From contig CAMNWO010000005.1 in NCBI GenBank assembly GCA_946565805.1, forward strand, positions 4,062-68,061: a DNA stretch of 64,000 nucleotides. Direction: 5' to 3'. Both the position numbers and the translations under genes were made by a program. Positions 46,356 to 55,681 of this stretch are shown here, in pieces (the stretch's first letter is position 1; each line of letters starts with the position of its first letter). The notes below the pieces were generated by a model. That model did not search any database. It saw only the letters and a list, made by a program, of their open reading frames with translations, and was not told where the DNA came from. This stretch comes from an uncultured Clostridium sp. (GTDB lineage Bacteria; Bacillota; Clostridia; TANB77; CAG-508).

Positions 46356-47717
46356 CTAATTATTAATAATTTTCCAATATCCTACTTTATCTGTTCCCTC
46401 TCTTTTTAATGTATCTTTTTCTTTTAGAATATTTACATTTCTTTCTATTGTTCTCACCGTGGTTTTTAACTTAGAGGCTATTTCCTTTTGAGTTATATTT
46501 GGGTTTTGTTGTATCAACTCTAAAATTTTTCTTTGTGTTGAATTTACACCGACATTTACACCGACATTTACACCGACATTTTTAGTAATCTCATTTTCTT
46601 TTTCGTAATTTTTTCTATAAAAAATTATCGTAAATCCTATTTTTTCTTTTCTAAATTCTACTTTCACTTGATTTTCTGTACATTCTTCATATATTCTTCT
46701 TATCCCTGAAGAATAAGTTTCTGCATCATTTGATTTGTATAAAATATTAGCAATTATCGGATTTCTAAACACTGAATGTGCCCTATTTTGTATATAATCT
46801 TCTGGTGTATATTGTTCTGGAAATGTTCCAGGATTATATATTTCTACTTTATTTTTAAATATTGAAATCTCAGTTCCTTTAGGGTCTTGATATAACCTGT
46901 GTACATAACTATTTATAATAGCTTCCCTTATAGAATCTAGTGGAATTTCTGGATATTCTTCTCTTTTATCTGTTATCTTTACATTCCATATAATATTTTT
47001 TCTAATATATTCTTGTCCTATTTTTATTAAATCAAAAATATTTCCCTCTACTTTATCTATATCTATAAATGTGGTCTTGGTATCTGTTGCAAAAATCGCC
47101 ATTTGAAGCTCTACATTATTATTGTCGCAAAATAAAACCTTTCCTGCGTTTAATAATTTATTCTCTTTTAATAATCCTAACTTGTTTAAAACATCTTCTT
47201 TATTTGTATATTGAAATGGAATTCTTTTTGCTTTGTTGGCTCTCTCTATATAATCTTTTAATATATCTTCATTAACATCTTCTATTGTTTTGTCTGAAAT
47301 CCTTGAATCCCAACTTCCACTTTTGTTTTCTGTTTTCAAAAATATTTTTCTCATTTCAGAGATGGAAAGTTTTTGGTCTCTATCACTTACTCTTATATAA
47401 GCTCTTCCATCTGCAAAGTATGGAACATCTTCTCCTTCAAATTCTACTAAAATGCAGTCTTTATCTTCTATTTTTACATTACTTATTTTTGGATAGATTT
47501 TGGGCTCTATCTTATTTGAAATAACTTCTGAAATATATCTTAGTGTCTTTCCACTAACTTCTTGTCCAATTACTGTTCCATCATCTTTTATTCCAAAATA
47601 TAGTTTTCCATGTCTATGTTTATTTAATATAGAAACAATTGATACTATTGCTTCTTTTAGTTCACTTGTAGATTTTTTTAATTCTGTTATTTCATCTTCT
47701 TGGAATTTTCTATTCAA
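46356..47717 (-). CDS. AlbA_2 (Schlafen-like) + HATPase_c_4-like + C-terminal wHTH putative regulator
   Basis: ELKKSTSELKEAIVSIVSILNKHRHGKLYFGIKDDGTVIG, REAIINSYVHRLY, and the C-terminal QRKILELIQQNPNITQKEIASKL. Confidence 0.6.
   Translation of the reverse strand: MNRKFQEDEITELKKSTSELKEAIVSIVSILNKHRHGKLYFGIKDDGTVIGQEVSGKTLRYISEVISNKIEPKIYPKISNVKIEDKDCILVEFEGEDVPYFADGRAYIRVSDRDQKLSISEMRKIFLKTENKSGSWDSRISDKTIEDVNEDILKDYIERANKAKRIPFQYTNKEDVLNKLGLLKENKLLNAGKVLFCDNNNVELQMAIFATDTKTTFIDIDKVEGNIFDLIKIGQEYIRKNIIWNVKITDKREEYPEIPLDSIREAIINSYVHRLYQDPKGTEISIFKNKVEIYNPGTFPEQYTPEDYIQNRAHSVFRNPIIANILYKSNDAETYSSGIRRIYEECTENQVKVEFRKEKIGFTIIFYRKNYEKENEITKNVGVNVGVNVGVNSTQRKILELIQQNPNITQKEIASKLKTTVRTIERNVNILKEKDTLKREGTDKVGYWKIINN
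46543..46578 (-). repeat. 12-bp tandem repeat x3 inside the regulator gene
   Basis: tttacaccgaca x3 encodes (VGVN) repeats, NVGVNVGVNVGVNS, in the linker before the wHTH. Confidence 0.9.
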
Positions 47718-47868
47718 TTCAAATCACCTTCTTTTCTTTTTTATTGTATCAAGATTACTATTTGTTTATAAAATATTTATCAAAAAATTACTTATCCGAA
47801 TTCGGTCGATACTGACGACCAAATTTGATAAACTTCCTTGTTAGTTCTCAAAATTTATCTCTTTGAAT

Positions 47869-47912
47869 TCGCTATATAATTGTCCTGAAAGTGTCTTATT
47901 GTAAATAAGCTT
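47869..47912 (-). pseudogene. uvrB 5' remnant (codons ~63-76)
   Basis: 41/44 nt identical to 45560-45603; encodes ..[14 protein letters not shown]. Confidence 0.7.
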
Positions 47913-47923
47913 TAGATTGCAAA

Positions 47924-48394
47924 CTATAACACTTTCTTAAACAAGTCATCATTTACTCCTATGTGCATATCTATCTCCATTTTAGCTATTTGTTTGTATC
48001 CATTATTAAAATAAAATCTATGTGCTTTTTCTAGTATATTTCCACATGCTAAATATAATATTTTTACATCAACTTCTTTGCAGTATTCTTCTAACATTTG
48101 ATATAATTTTGTACCTATTTTTTTATTTTGATATTCTTCTTGAACATAAAATCTTCTTACTATACCCATATTGTCTCTTTTTTCTAACCCAATGGTTCCT
48201 ATAATTTTATTAGTTTTTGTATCAATAGCTAGCCAAAAGTTCCCACCATTTTTAATATAGTGTTCTTTGATATTGGCAACATCTTGTCTTACCTTGTAAG
48301 GTCTACTTATAAATTTGTGCATACTTTCATTTATAAAATCATTTATTTCTTTCAAATAGCTATTATCATATCCTACATATCTTATTGTTTCCAT
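47924..48394 (-). CDS. GNAT-family N-acetyltransferase
   Basis: VRRFYVQEEYQNKKIGTKLYQML acetyl-CoA motif; 156 aa. Confidence 0.75.
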   Translation of the reverse strand: METIRYVGYDNSYLKEINDFINESMHKFISRPYKVRQDVANIKEHYIKNGGNFWLAIDTKTNKIIGTIGLEKRDNMGIVRRFYVQEEYQNKKIGTKLYQMLEEYCKEVDVKILYLACGNILEKAHRFYFNNGYKQIAKMEIDMHIGVNDDLFKKVL

Positions 48395-48422
48395 TATATT
48401 TTAACCTCTTTCTATTATTCCA

Positions 48423-48454
48423 GTTGGCTTGTATTCTGAATGTAATTTGAACAT
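48423..48454 (-). pseudogene. uvrB 5' remnant (start codon plus 10 codons) with SD
   Basis: 32/32 nt identical to 45756-45787 ([10 protein letters not shown]); preceded by AAAGGAG. Confidence 0.8.
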
Positions 48455-48495
48455 TAATTTATTTCTCCTTTATAATTTTCCAACTTAATTACTAA

Positions 48496-48524
48496 ATTAT
48501 ACCATGCAACACAAATGTTCGCAA
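48496..48524 (-). promoter_or_regulatory. strong extended -10 promoter (probably the ancestral uvrB promoter) with a LexA-box-like sequence
   Basis: Minus strand TTGCGA (48519-48524), 17-nt spacer ending in TGg, TATAAT (48496-48501). GAACATTTGTGT (48509-48520) lies between the -35 and -10 elements. Confidence 0.55.
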
Positions 48525-48573
48525 GTCTTTTTATATATTTTATAAAATTATTATTTTATAAAATCTTCAAAAG

Positions 48574-48603
48574 AAAAAGCAGGATTATTACCTCCTGCTT
48601 TTT
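48574..48603. terminator. bidirectional terminator
   Basis: aaaaagcagga (48574-48584) / tcctgcttttt (48593-48603), a perfect 11-bp stem. Confidence 0.75.
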
Positions 48604-48630
48604 CTACAACTACAAATCAATTATTCCTTC

Positions 48631-48816
48631 TTACAAAAAATCTTGCTCTGTAAATGGAATTCCTGCCATTCTTTTATATTTAAGTCTTTCCTCCCCTGTT
48701 GGTTCTTCAAATTCTTCGTAAAAGATATGCTCGTTTTCTCTTTCTTCTTCTCTTTTTAATTCACTTTCGATATTCCACTCTCTTGATATTATAGTCATTT
48801 TTTCCCTTTCTGCCAT
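48631..48816 (-). CDS. 61-aa acidic hypothetical protein
   Basis: ORF only. Confidence 0.3.
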   Translation of the reverse strand: MAEREKMTIISREWNIESELKREEERENEHIFYEEFEEPTGEERLKYKRMAGIPFTEQDFL

Positions 48817-48948
48817 TTGGCTTCAATGATATGTTTATAAGTTACAATTCTTATGTATTTTATCACAAGCTTACTTGTTTTTCAAGAAAAGCATTATAAT
48901 AAAATATCTTAATTTTCTTATTCACGATTCTCCTCCAATCCTATAATC

Positions 48949-49329
48949 TTATAAATTTTTCTTATATTCCAAAATTCTTTGTTTTCTATATTGAATTGAC
49001 CTTTGCATCATTTCAATTTGCTTATCATACAAATCGCACAGAGATTTTATTTGGACTTGCGTTAAATCTTGCTCTTTTATCTCTCCGCTTCGATATCGCT
49101 TTTGAAGTTTTAATAATTTTGTTCTTTCATCTTCTATATTTTTAATAGACTCTTTAAAGTGTTCTCTTTGAATTTCTTCTGTTGTTAATGTTTTGTCCAC
49201 TGTTTCTATTACCGTTTCATTCTTCTTATTTTTTCTAAAAAAGTTTCTAATTTTAACAAAAATATTATTTTCATTTACTTTTATTAACGATTTCTCATCT
49301 CTATTTTTCTTTCTCAATATCTTCACCAT
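48949..49329 (-). CDS. 126-aa basic coiled-coil hypothetical protein
   Basis: ORF overlaps the upstream gene by 29 nt; Lys/Arg/Glu-rich helices. Confidence 0.4.
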   Translation of the reverse strand: MVKILRKKNRDEKSLIKVNENNIFVKIRNFFRKNKKNETVIETVDKTLTTEEIQREHFKESIKNIEDERTKLLKLQKRYRSGEIKEQDLTQVQIKSLCDLYDKQIEMMQRSIQYRKQRILEYKKNL

Positions 49330-50263
49330 CTTTTGAATTTAACATTTCTCTTTCTACTTCTATAAGTCTTGCTAGCTCTTTTTCTAAGTCAGAAAGTTTT
49401 TCTTCTCTTTGTTCTAAAGGCATCATTTCTTGTACTTCTTCCTCTTCAAAATCCCATATTTCATCGTAATAGTCATTATACATTTCATCTAGTTCTTCAT
49501 CTGTTCCTATCCATTCTCTGCCTTCAAACGTAGGCAATGTTGGTGCTATTTGACTAATATAGGATATCTGCTGTAATACTAGAGAAAGATCTTCCTCTTT
49601 AAAATAAATACTACAAGTTCCTCTGTCTTCTCCATCTATTATAAACTGATTTGCTTTATCTTTTTGTGATAGCAAATTTGCCAATACCTGCATATCTCTT
49701 TCTGTTTTGATGCTTACCTTGTCTTCTATTTTTTCTTCTCCTGTTTTTGTCGTAATTATCAATTGATTCATATTTTCACTTTTTTCCTTATAAGGAAGAT
49801 GCTTACCATTAAGAACAATTGTATAAGATAATTCCGAAGCAGAATTTTCTTCTAAAACCTTGTTCACTTTTTCTAATTTTCTCTTTTCTTCTTTTGGAGC
49901 AGTCACTTTTTCATTCATTATATTTCTAATAATCTCCTCAAAATAAGAAGTATTTTCTCCCATTTTATTTTGAAAAGAAGCCTGATAGGTATTACCTTCT
50001 ATTATATTCCCATAAAGTTCATGGGCATCAACATATTTTTGTGTTCCCAATGTTACAGTAAATTTTTCTTTCTCCGCTAGAAAAGCTGACATTAAATCCA
50101 TAATTTTATTACTTCTTAAAAAAGCAATGTAGGCTTCATTGACCTCATTGGGATTTTTATGATTTGCTAATACTCCATCACAAGACGCAAATGGCTTAAA
50201 GCCGTTATTATCTAATTCATCAATAATAGTCTCAAAATCTTTATCAATTCCACTTATTTTCAT
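49301..50263 (-). CDS. 320-aa hypothetical protein with a strongly acidic C-terminus
   Basis: ORF with SD; I recognise no motif. Confidence 0.45.
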   Translation of the reverse strand: MKISGIDKDFETIIDELDNNGFKPFASCDGVLANHKNPNEVNEAYIAFLRSNKIMDLMSAFLAEKEKFTVTLGTQKYVDAHELYGNIIEGNTYQASFQNKMGENTSYFEEIIRNIMNEKVTAPKEEKRKLEKVNKVLEENSASELSYTIVLNGKHLPYKEKSENMNQLIITTKTGEEKIEDKVSIKTERDMQVLANLLSQKDKANQFIIDGEDRGTCSIYFKEEDLSLVLQQISYISQIAPTLPTFEGREWIGTDEELDEMYNDYYDEIWDFEEEEVQEMMPLEQREEKLSDLEKELARLIEVEREMLNSKDGEDIEKEK

Positions 50264-50278
50264 TTGTACCTCCTATTA

Positions 50279-50935
50279 CTATATTTCAAGCAGGTTATTT
50301 ATCATTTTATATTTAGAATTTATTTCTTCTTTCTCTCGGTTCATCAATCTCACTTCTAATCCTTTTTGGACAGCAATATCTAATAATTTTTCATTATCAT
50401 CTACAAAAATTGCTTCTGTCTTTTGAATTTCATAGTCATCTATTGGATAGTCAAAAAACACTTTATCTTTTTTCTGTACACCATAGATGGATGATATGTA
50501 AATTTTTTCAAAATAATCATAAATCTCATTATTTTTTAGAATTCGAATCGCACAAGGCCAATTGTCTGATAATAATAGCAATGTATATTTTTTGCTAAGT
50601 ATTTCTAACTCTTCTTTTACCTTATCATACATTTTATATTTTTCATCATGATAAGTTATATCATAAGCTATTTTACGAATATCACTATCTTGAATGAAAT
50701 ATTGTATTTCTTTAAAAACATTTCTATAAAATTCGTAAAACATTTCATATTCTTCTTCCTCTGTAGTGATTTTTGAGGAAAGAATATTATTATGCTTTTC
50801 CATTGCTTTTTGCAAATCTTCTTGATTTATCCTATCCATATCAACTATTTTTATCAATAATGGTGTTATAAACCAATGTCCTGTCACTGGATAAAATAAC
50901 ACTTTTCCAAAATCTAAAATCAAATACTTCTTCAT
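50279..50935 (-). CDS. HAD-superfamily hydrolase
   Basis: LILDFGKVLF (motif I), LLLLSDNW, IFVDDNEK. Confidence 0.6.
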   Translation of the reverse strand: MKKYLILDFGKVLFYPVTGHWFITPLLIKIVDMDRINQEDLQKAMEKHNNILSSKITTEEEEYEMFYEFYRNVFKEIQYFIQDSDIRKIAYDITYHDEKYKMYDKVKEELEILSKKYTLLLLSDNWPCAIRILKNNEIYDYFEKIYISSIYGVQKKDKVFFDYPIDDYEIQKTEAIFVDDNEKLLDIAVQKGLEVRLMNREKEEINSKYKMINNLLEI

Positions 50936-51036
50936 TTTTTCCTCCTTACCTATTATAACAAACTTTGCTATTATTTCAAACTATTTTATTCATATTTTAT
51001 CAATTTCTGGTTATACTATTTTTTATATGTTAGGAG

Positions 51037-51600
51037 GTGATTCTTTTGAAACTGACAATATGCGAATTAAGTTATTTAAATGAATTAATCACAAGTTGTG
51101 TAAATACCATTACTTGTATGTCTTTGTTCAAAAATCAAGTTACAAATGAAGAATTAAAATCTTTATTAGAAACCCATTTTCCTATCCACGTAGAAGATTA
51201 TAATCGAAAAGTAGAATTTGTAAAAGATGTTGATTCTGCAACTGGTAAATTAAATGTACCTCAATTAAATACTTCTATTTTTGCTGAAAATGTAGATGTA
51301 ACTAAAACTGCAGAACCAGTTACTGTAAATACTAATGTTACGAAACTAACAGATAGAGAAATTGCTTTATCTTACTTTTTAACATTAAAAAGAGCTGGTA
51401 AAGAGTATGCCATTGCTTCAATGGAAGTTACCAATCCTAATTTAAGACGATTTTTAAAAGATGCTTATACAATGAGCTGTAATCATTCTTATGAAGTTTA
51501 CGAATGGATGGCTAAGAATAACTACTACCCAATTGTTGTTACTACTGCTGAACAGACTGGTACCATTGCAAGCATTTATAATACAATTCCTTTAAATTAG
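51037..51600 (+). CDS. spore coat protein, CotF family
   Basis: LTDREIALSYFLTLKRAGKEYAIASMEVTNPNLRRFLKDAYTMSCNHSYEVYEWM matches the Coat_F pattern. Confidence 0.6.
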   Translation: MILLKLTICELSYLNELITSCVNTITCMSLFKNQVTNEELKSLLETHFPIHVEDYNRKVEFVKDVDSATGKLNVPQLNTSIFAENVDVTKTAEPVTVNTNVTKLTDREIALSYFLTLKRAGKEYAIASMEVTNPNLRRFLKDAYTMSCNHSYEVYEWMAKNNYYPIVVTTAEQTGTIASIYNTIPLN

Positions 51601-51605
51601 CAAGA

Positions 51606-51639
51606 AAAAAGTAACTATATTCAAAATTAGTTACTTTTT
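51606..51639. terminator. bidirectional terminator
   Basis: aaaaagtaacta (51606-51617) / tagttacttttt (51628-51639). Confidence 0.75.
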
Positions 51640-51645
51640 CTATGC

Positions 51646-52326
51646 TTATTCATTTGTCTCTTCTTGAATTGTGAATTCTGAAGTATCTGGCTCTTTCATG
51701 TCATCATCTGTAACAACATCAAACTTTTGCTCATAGGTCGTTACCCATTCTTCTGTTGTACCATCTTCCTTTTTTACTGTTTCAATTGTTTTTACTGCCA
51801 GTCCAGTTTCTTTATTTAAATATATTTTTAACGATATTGCTCCATTACTATATATCGCATTTGTATTCTTTAAACTATCAATCACATAACAGTCTTGCCC
51901 ATCTACTTTTTCTGTATATATCTTTGATACAACGCTATCACGTAAAGTCTCTAACCATGTGGTTGTATCAACAAAGCTAACTACTTTCGAGCTCATTGGA
52001 TTTTTCTCCTCTTTGAATCTACGTAGTATTTTTTGTTCTCCTGCTATTGTGTAAAATCTTCTTTCATGTTGTTCAGTTACTTGAATGATTGTTACTGTAT
52101 TATCTTTCTTTTTCATCACTACTTTTTCAATATCATTTTTTATGAATTTTTCGACTTCTGCACTTTCGCTTACTACTTTGCTATAAATATTTTCTTTTGT
52201 TTCACATTGAGCTACTTTGTTTTGTAAATCTTTTATTATCATAAATTTTCTAATGGTATTAATGCTAAATATAGCTAATAAAACAACTAAAATTATTAAT
52301 ACAATTGTTATTATTTTCTTTTTCAT
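51646..52326 (-). CDS. exported/anchored hypothetical protein
   Basis: N-terminal TM/signal KKKIITIVLIILVVLLAIFSI; 226 aa. Confidence 0.45.
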   Translation of the reverse strand: MKKKIITIVLIILVVLLAIFSINTIRKFMIIKDLQNKVAQCETKENIYSKVVSESAEVEKFIKNDIEKVVMKKKDNTVTIIQVTEQHERRFYTIAGEQKILRRFKEEKNPMSSKVVSFVDTTTWLETLRDSVVSKIYTEKVDGQDCYVIDSLKNTNAIYSNGAISLKIYLNKETGLAVKTIETVKKEDGTTEEWVTTYEQKFDVVTDDDMKEPDTSEFTIQEETNE

Positions 52327-52421
52327 AACAATCCCCTCCTTCTTCTTTTGTACCTCTCCTAAAAGCTACTTTCATTATACCATATTTTTCTTGATTTTTC
52401 AAATACTATACAGCTTTTGTC

Positions 52422-52772
52422 CTATATCTCTGATGCCAGTTTAAAGTTAGTAGTAGTAAATACTGACAAATTTTCGATTCTTTTATATTGACTCCCATCC
52501 ACATTTTCATATAATAACTCTTCTAAATTATTTTTACAAATTAATTCTTCCTTTTTTATTTTGGGCAATTGTTTAATTCGATATTCCAACTTAGAAGCTA
52601 GCGCTCTGTTTTCTGTCTGCCATACCGCCTCTAGTTTTTGAGCCGTATGTGTATACGTATATTTTGCTCCATTTATTTTTGTAAAATGCTCTGTCATCCT
52701 ATGTTCTATATTTGTAGTAATTCCTGTATAAATCGAATTATCCTTGCATCTTAACATATATGTATAATACAT
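52422..52772 (-). CDS. GIY-YIG nuclease-family protein (UPF0213-like)
   Basis: YYTYMLRCKDNSIYTGITTNIEHRMTEH. Confidence 0.75.
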   Translation of the reverse strand: MYYTYMLRCKDNSIYTGITTNIEHRMTEHFTKINGAKYTYTHTAQKLEAVWQTENRALASKLEYRIKQLPKIKKEELICKNNLEELLYENVDGSQYKRIENLSVFTTTNFKLASEI

Positions 52773-52809
52773 CCTTTTCTCCTTTTTTTGTTAATTTGGG
52801 GGCTGGTCA

Positions 52810-52886
52810 GTTTTGTCTAGTTTTGGGACAGGCACAAAACTAGACACTTTGTCGTAATTGGTGCCTGTCCCAAAACTAGACAAAAC
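52810..52886. repeat. GC-rich palindromic element, family E
   Basis: gttttgtctagttttgggacaggcac (52810-52835) and its perfect reverse complement (52861-52886). It lies between rsmF-like and GIY-YIG and abuts the rsmF-like stop. Confidence 0.85.
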
Positions 52887-53809
52887 TAACCACATTTTCT
52901 AATTTTAGCAACAAAGAAGCCTTCGTATTGTTCGTTTGGAAGAACACATAGGGTTCCTTTTATCTTGGTTGGAAGAAGCGGTATTTCTTCTAATCCTTTT
53001 AAGTTAATTGGTACGATTTCTATTTTACTTTCTTTTTTATTTTGCTTTAATATTTCTTGAAGGATTTCTTCATTTTCCTCTGTTAGAATAGAACAAGTTG
53101 AATATACCATTTCTTCTCCATCTTTTAGTAAATTGATGGCTTTTCTTAGTAAGGCTATTTGGGTTTTTACTGATTTTTGTATTAATTGAATGGTAAATGT
53201 TTTTTCTATTTTTTCTTCATCATTTCTTAAATTCAGCGTTCCACTTCCACTACATGGTGCATCTAATAAAATTTGGTCAAAAGAAAAGAAATCATCAATT
53301 TTTCTGGCGTCTTGTACCATGACATATGCTTTTGCTCCTTGTTTTTCTAGGTTGTATTTTAATCGTTCTGCTCGAATTTTATTCATTTCACAAGCTGTGA
53401 TGTTAGCTTTATTATTGGTTATGGACGCTATTTGTGTTGTCTTCCCCCCTGGTGCTGCTGCCATATCTAAGATGTCTTTTTCTTCTTTTGGCTGTAAAAT
53501 AATAGGTGGTAACATAGAGGATAAACTTTGTAAATAGATTTTTCCTTCTTTGTATATTTCTAAATCTTGTATTTCTCTTTCAGAAGCATTTTTTAAAATG
53601 AATGCCTGCTCACTCCATTCTACTGGTTCATATTCTATGTTGTTCTTTTCTAGAATTTCTTTTACTTCCTTTACTTGTGCTTTTAATGTGTTTACACGAA
53701 AGGTAGTTTTTCTTTTTGCTTGATATCCTTGTAGAATCTCTTCGGTTTGTTGTTCTCCATATTGTTTTTCTAACATTTTGATTAAAAATTCTGGTGCTTT
53801 AGCATTCAT
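52886..53809 (-). CDS. RsmB/RsmF-type (NOL1/NOP2/Sun) RNA m5C methyltransferase
   Basis: DMAAAPGGKTT, LLDAPCSGSGT, YSTCS. Confidence 0.8.
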   Translation of the reverse strand: MNAKAPEFLIKMLEKQYGEQQTEEILQGYQAKRKTTFRVNTLKAQVKEVKEILEKNNIEYEPVEWSEQAFILKNASEREIQDLEIYKEGKIYLQSLSSMLPPIILQPKEEKDILDMAAAPGGKTTQIASITNNKANITACEMNKIRAERLKYNLEKQGAKAYVMVQDARKIDDFFSFDQILLDAPCSGSGTLNLRNDEEKIEKTFTIQLIQKSVKTQIALLRKAINLLKDGEEMVYSTCSILTEENEEILQEILKQNKKESKIEIVPINLKGLEEIPLLPTKIKGTLCVLPNEQYEGFFVAKIRKCG

Positions 53810-55055
53810 TACAAAGTTCCTCCTTTTTTGATTTTTCTTTCACCATTTTATATAGTTTTCTTGTAATAGCCAATCCCAAAATTGCCAATATCATCAAACC
53901 TATAATGATGTATAATAAGTCTATTTTTAATAATAACATAGATACTACTAAATTAATGGCGGTTTCTACTATTCTTCTTGCTAATTGTAAATAGGATATA
54001 GCTTTTTGTTGTTGCTGTTCTGTTGTATTTTTTAATATTAAATCACTGCTATAAGCATCAAATGGATCTCTTATTGCTAAAATCAAGTTAAATCCAATGG
54101 TCATACATACAAATTTCAAAATAATGGAACTGTTTAATAGGCTTCCTATTAAAACCATAGCAAATGCTAATATTGTAGTAATAGAGAATAAAATGCTAAC
54201 TTTATCTTTTAATTTAGGATATACCTTTTTAAAAATCAAATTCCCCAAAATTCTAGCAATTCGTGATGTTACAATAATAAAACTTAAATAAGTAGCTGTT
54301 ATTCCTATATCAAAATGTTCTTGAAGATTATATTGGATAAACAATGTTGTATTACCTTGTCCTATATTAATTGTGGAATATAATAAAGCAAAAACGATTA
54401 CAGTCATGCTGGCAATTTTAGAGAATTTCGTTTTTGTCTCTGTTTTCTTCTTTTCTACCACATGTTGTTCTTCTTCACTTACATCAAAGATACAAAAAGT
54501 TAGTAATACATTTATAAAGCAAATGCTGATACAAAAATACATTGGCATATAGTGATGGGTTGCAAACATACTCCCTGCCACTAATGCAATTAGCATGGTA
54601 ATAGCTGAATAGATAATATTAGCCTGATTGGCTACTTTGATATAGTCATTTCCTTTTTTTAAATAATTTAAATTACTTTTTAATACAACATGATCCATTT
54701 TTTTGAATAAGAAGGATGGCTGATACAAAATATATCCTATCAAAATAACCCAATATTGATTACCAAAAGTAATTAGCAAACTACTACATAATAGCATAAT
54801 CGTTCCTAATCGTATGGCTTTTTCATTTCCTATTTTTTGTATTATTTTTAAAGCTGGTATTTGTAACAAAATACATGATAAATTTGAAACAGTTGATAGT
54901 AATGATATTTGGGCAGCTGTTAATCCTTTTACTACTGTTAGAAATAGTGTAGAGATTGCTATAAAAAACATCAAATCTCCTGATATTCCTATAAAAAATG
55001 GTAAAATACTATTACTTACCATTACTTTTCTTCTCTTTAGTTTTTCCCCTTCCAT
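53799..55055 (-). CDS. MFS transporter
   Basis: About 12 TM segments. GAGGAGAG SD before ATG 55055, so the track start at 55097 is probably too long. Confidence 0.6.
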   Translation of the reverse strand: MEGEKLKRRKVMVSNSILPFFIGISGDLMFFIAISTLFLTVVKGLTAAQISLLSTVSNLSCILLQIPALKIIQKIGNEKAIRLGTIMLLCSSLLITFGNQYWVILIGYILYQPSFLFKKMDHVVLKSNLNYLKKGNDYIKVANQANIIYSAITMLIALVAGSMFATHHYMPMYFCISICFINVLLTFCIFDVSEEEQHVVEKKKTETKTKFSKIASMTVIVFALLYSTINIGQGNTTLFIQYNLQEHFDIGITATYLSFIIVTSRIARILGNLIFKKVYPKLKDKVSILFSITTILAFAMVLIGSLLNSSIILKFVCMTIGFNLILAIRDPFDAYSSDLILKNTTEQQQQKAISYLQLARRIVETAINLVVSMLLLKIDLLYIIIGLMILAILGLAITRKLYKMVKEKSKKEELCNEC

Positions 55056-55069
55056 TGTTCTCTCCTCTT

Positions 55070-55615
55070 TTATATCTCGTATCTTTCTACTTCGCAATTA
55101 TCAAGGCTTTTCCCTATTCCTCTTAGTACTTCTATTCCCTCTGGAACGCCTTCTAATATCACCCTCATGGGCATTGCTACACCGCCATGTGTAACTACTA
55201 AGACGGTTTTATTTTCATATTTTTGTTTGATTTTTTCTAAAAATCTTTGGATTCTTTCAAATACATCTCCTGTACTCTCTGCCTCTTTATATTGCTTATT
55301 TAATTTATAATTCCATATTTCATCAAAATCAAATTCTTTTGGCGTTTTTCCTTCAAATTCTCCAAATCTTCTTTCTTGAATATCTTCATCTATAATAATA
55401 GGAATATTTCTTCCCTCTGCAATAATTTCTGCTGTTTTTCTTGCTCTTTTTAAAGGAGATGTTATGATAACATCAATATTTTCACTTTTAAGTTTTTCTC
55501 TTGTTTCTTCTGCTTGTTTGATTCCAGTTTCATTTAATTCAATATCTGTTGTTCCCTGAATCTTAAGTGCTATATTCCAATCCGTTTGTCCATGTCTAGT
55601 TAATAATAATTTCAC
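55070..55615 (-). CDS. histidine phosphatase-family protein (GpmB/CobC-like)
   Basis: LLTRHGQTDWN, VVTHGG. Confidence 0.75.
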   Translation of the reverse strand: MKLLLTRHGQTDWNIALKIQGTTDIELNETGIKQAEETREKLKSENIDVIITSPLKRARKTAEIIAEGRNIPIIIDEDIQERRFGEFEGKTPKEFDFDEIWNYKLNKQYKEAESTGDVFERIQRFLEKIKQKYENKTVLVVTHGGVAMPMRVILEGVPEGIEVLRGIGKSLDNCEVERYEI

Positions 55616-55681
55616 AAATAGTACCTCCTTTATTGTTTATGTCATTTTATCATACATTCTAAAAAAAGCCTAGATTTTTTC

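Noticed and set aside
48509-48520. A firm LexA operator call for GAACATTTGTGT.
   Set aside because: Only one half-site is perfect and the other deviates from GTTC/GTTT. It is kept as a tentative note inside the uvrB finding rather than as a separate feature.
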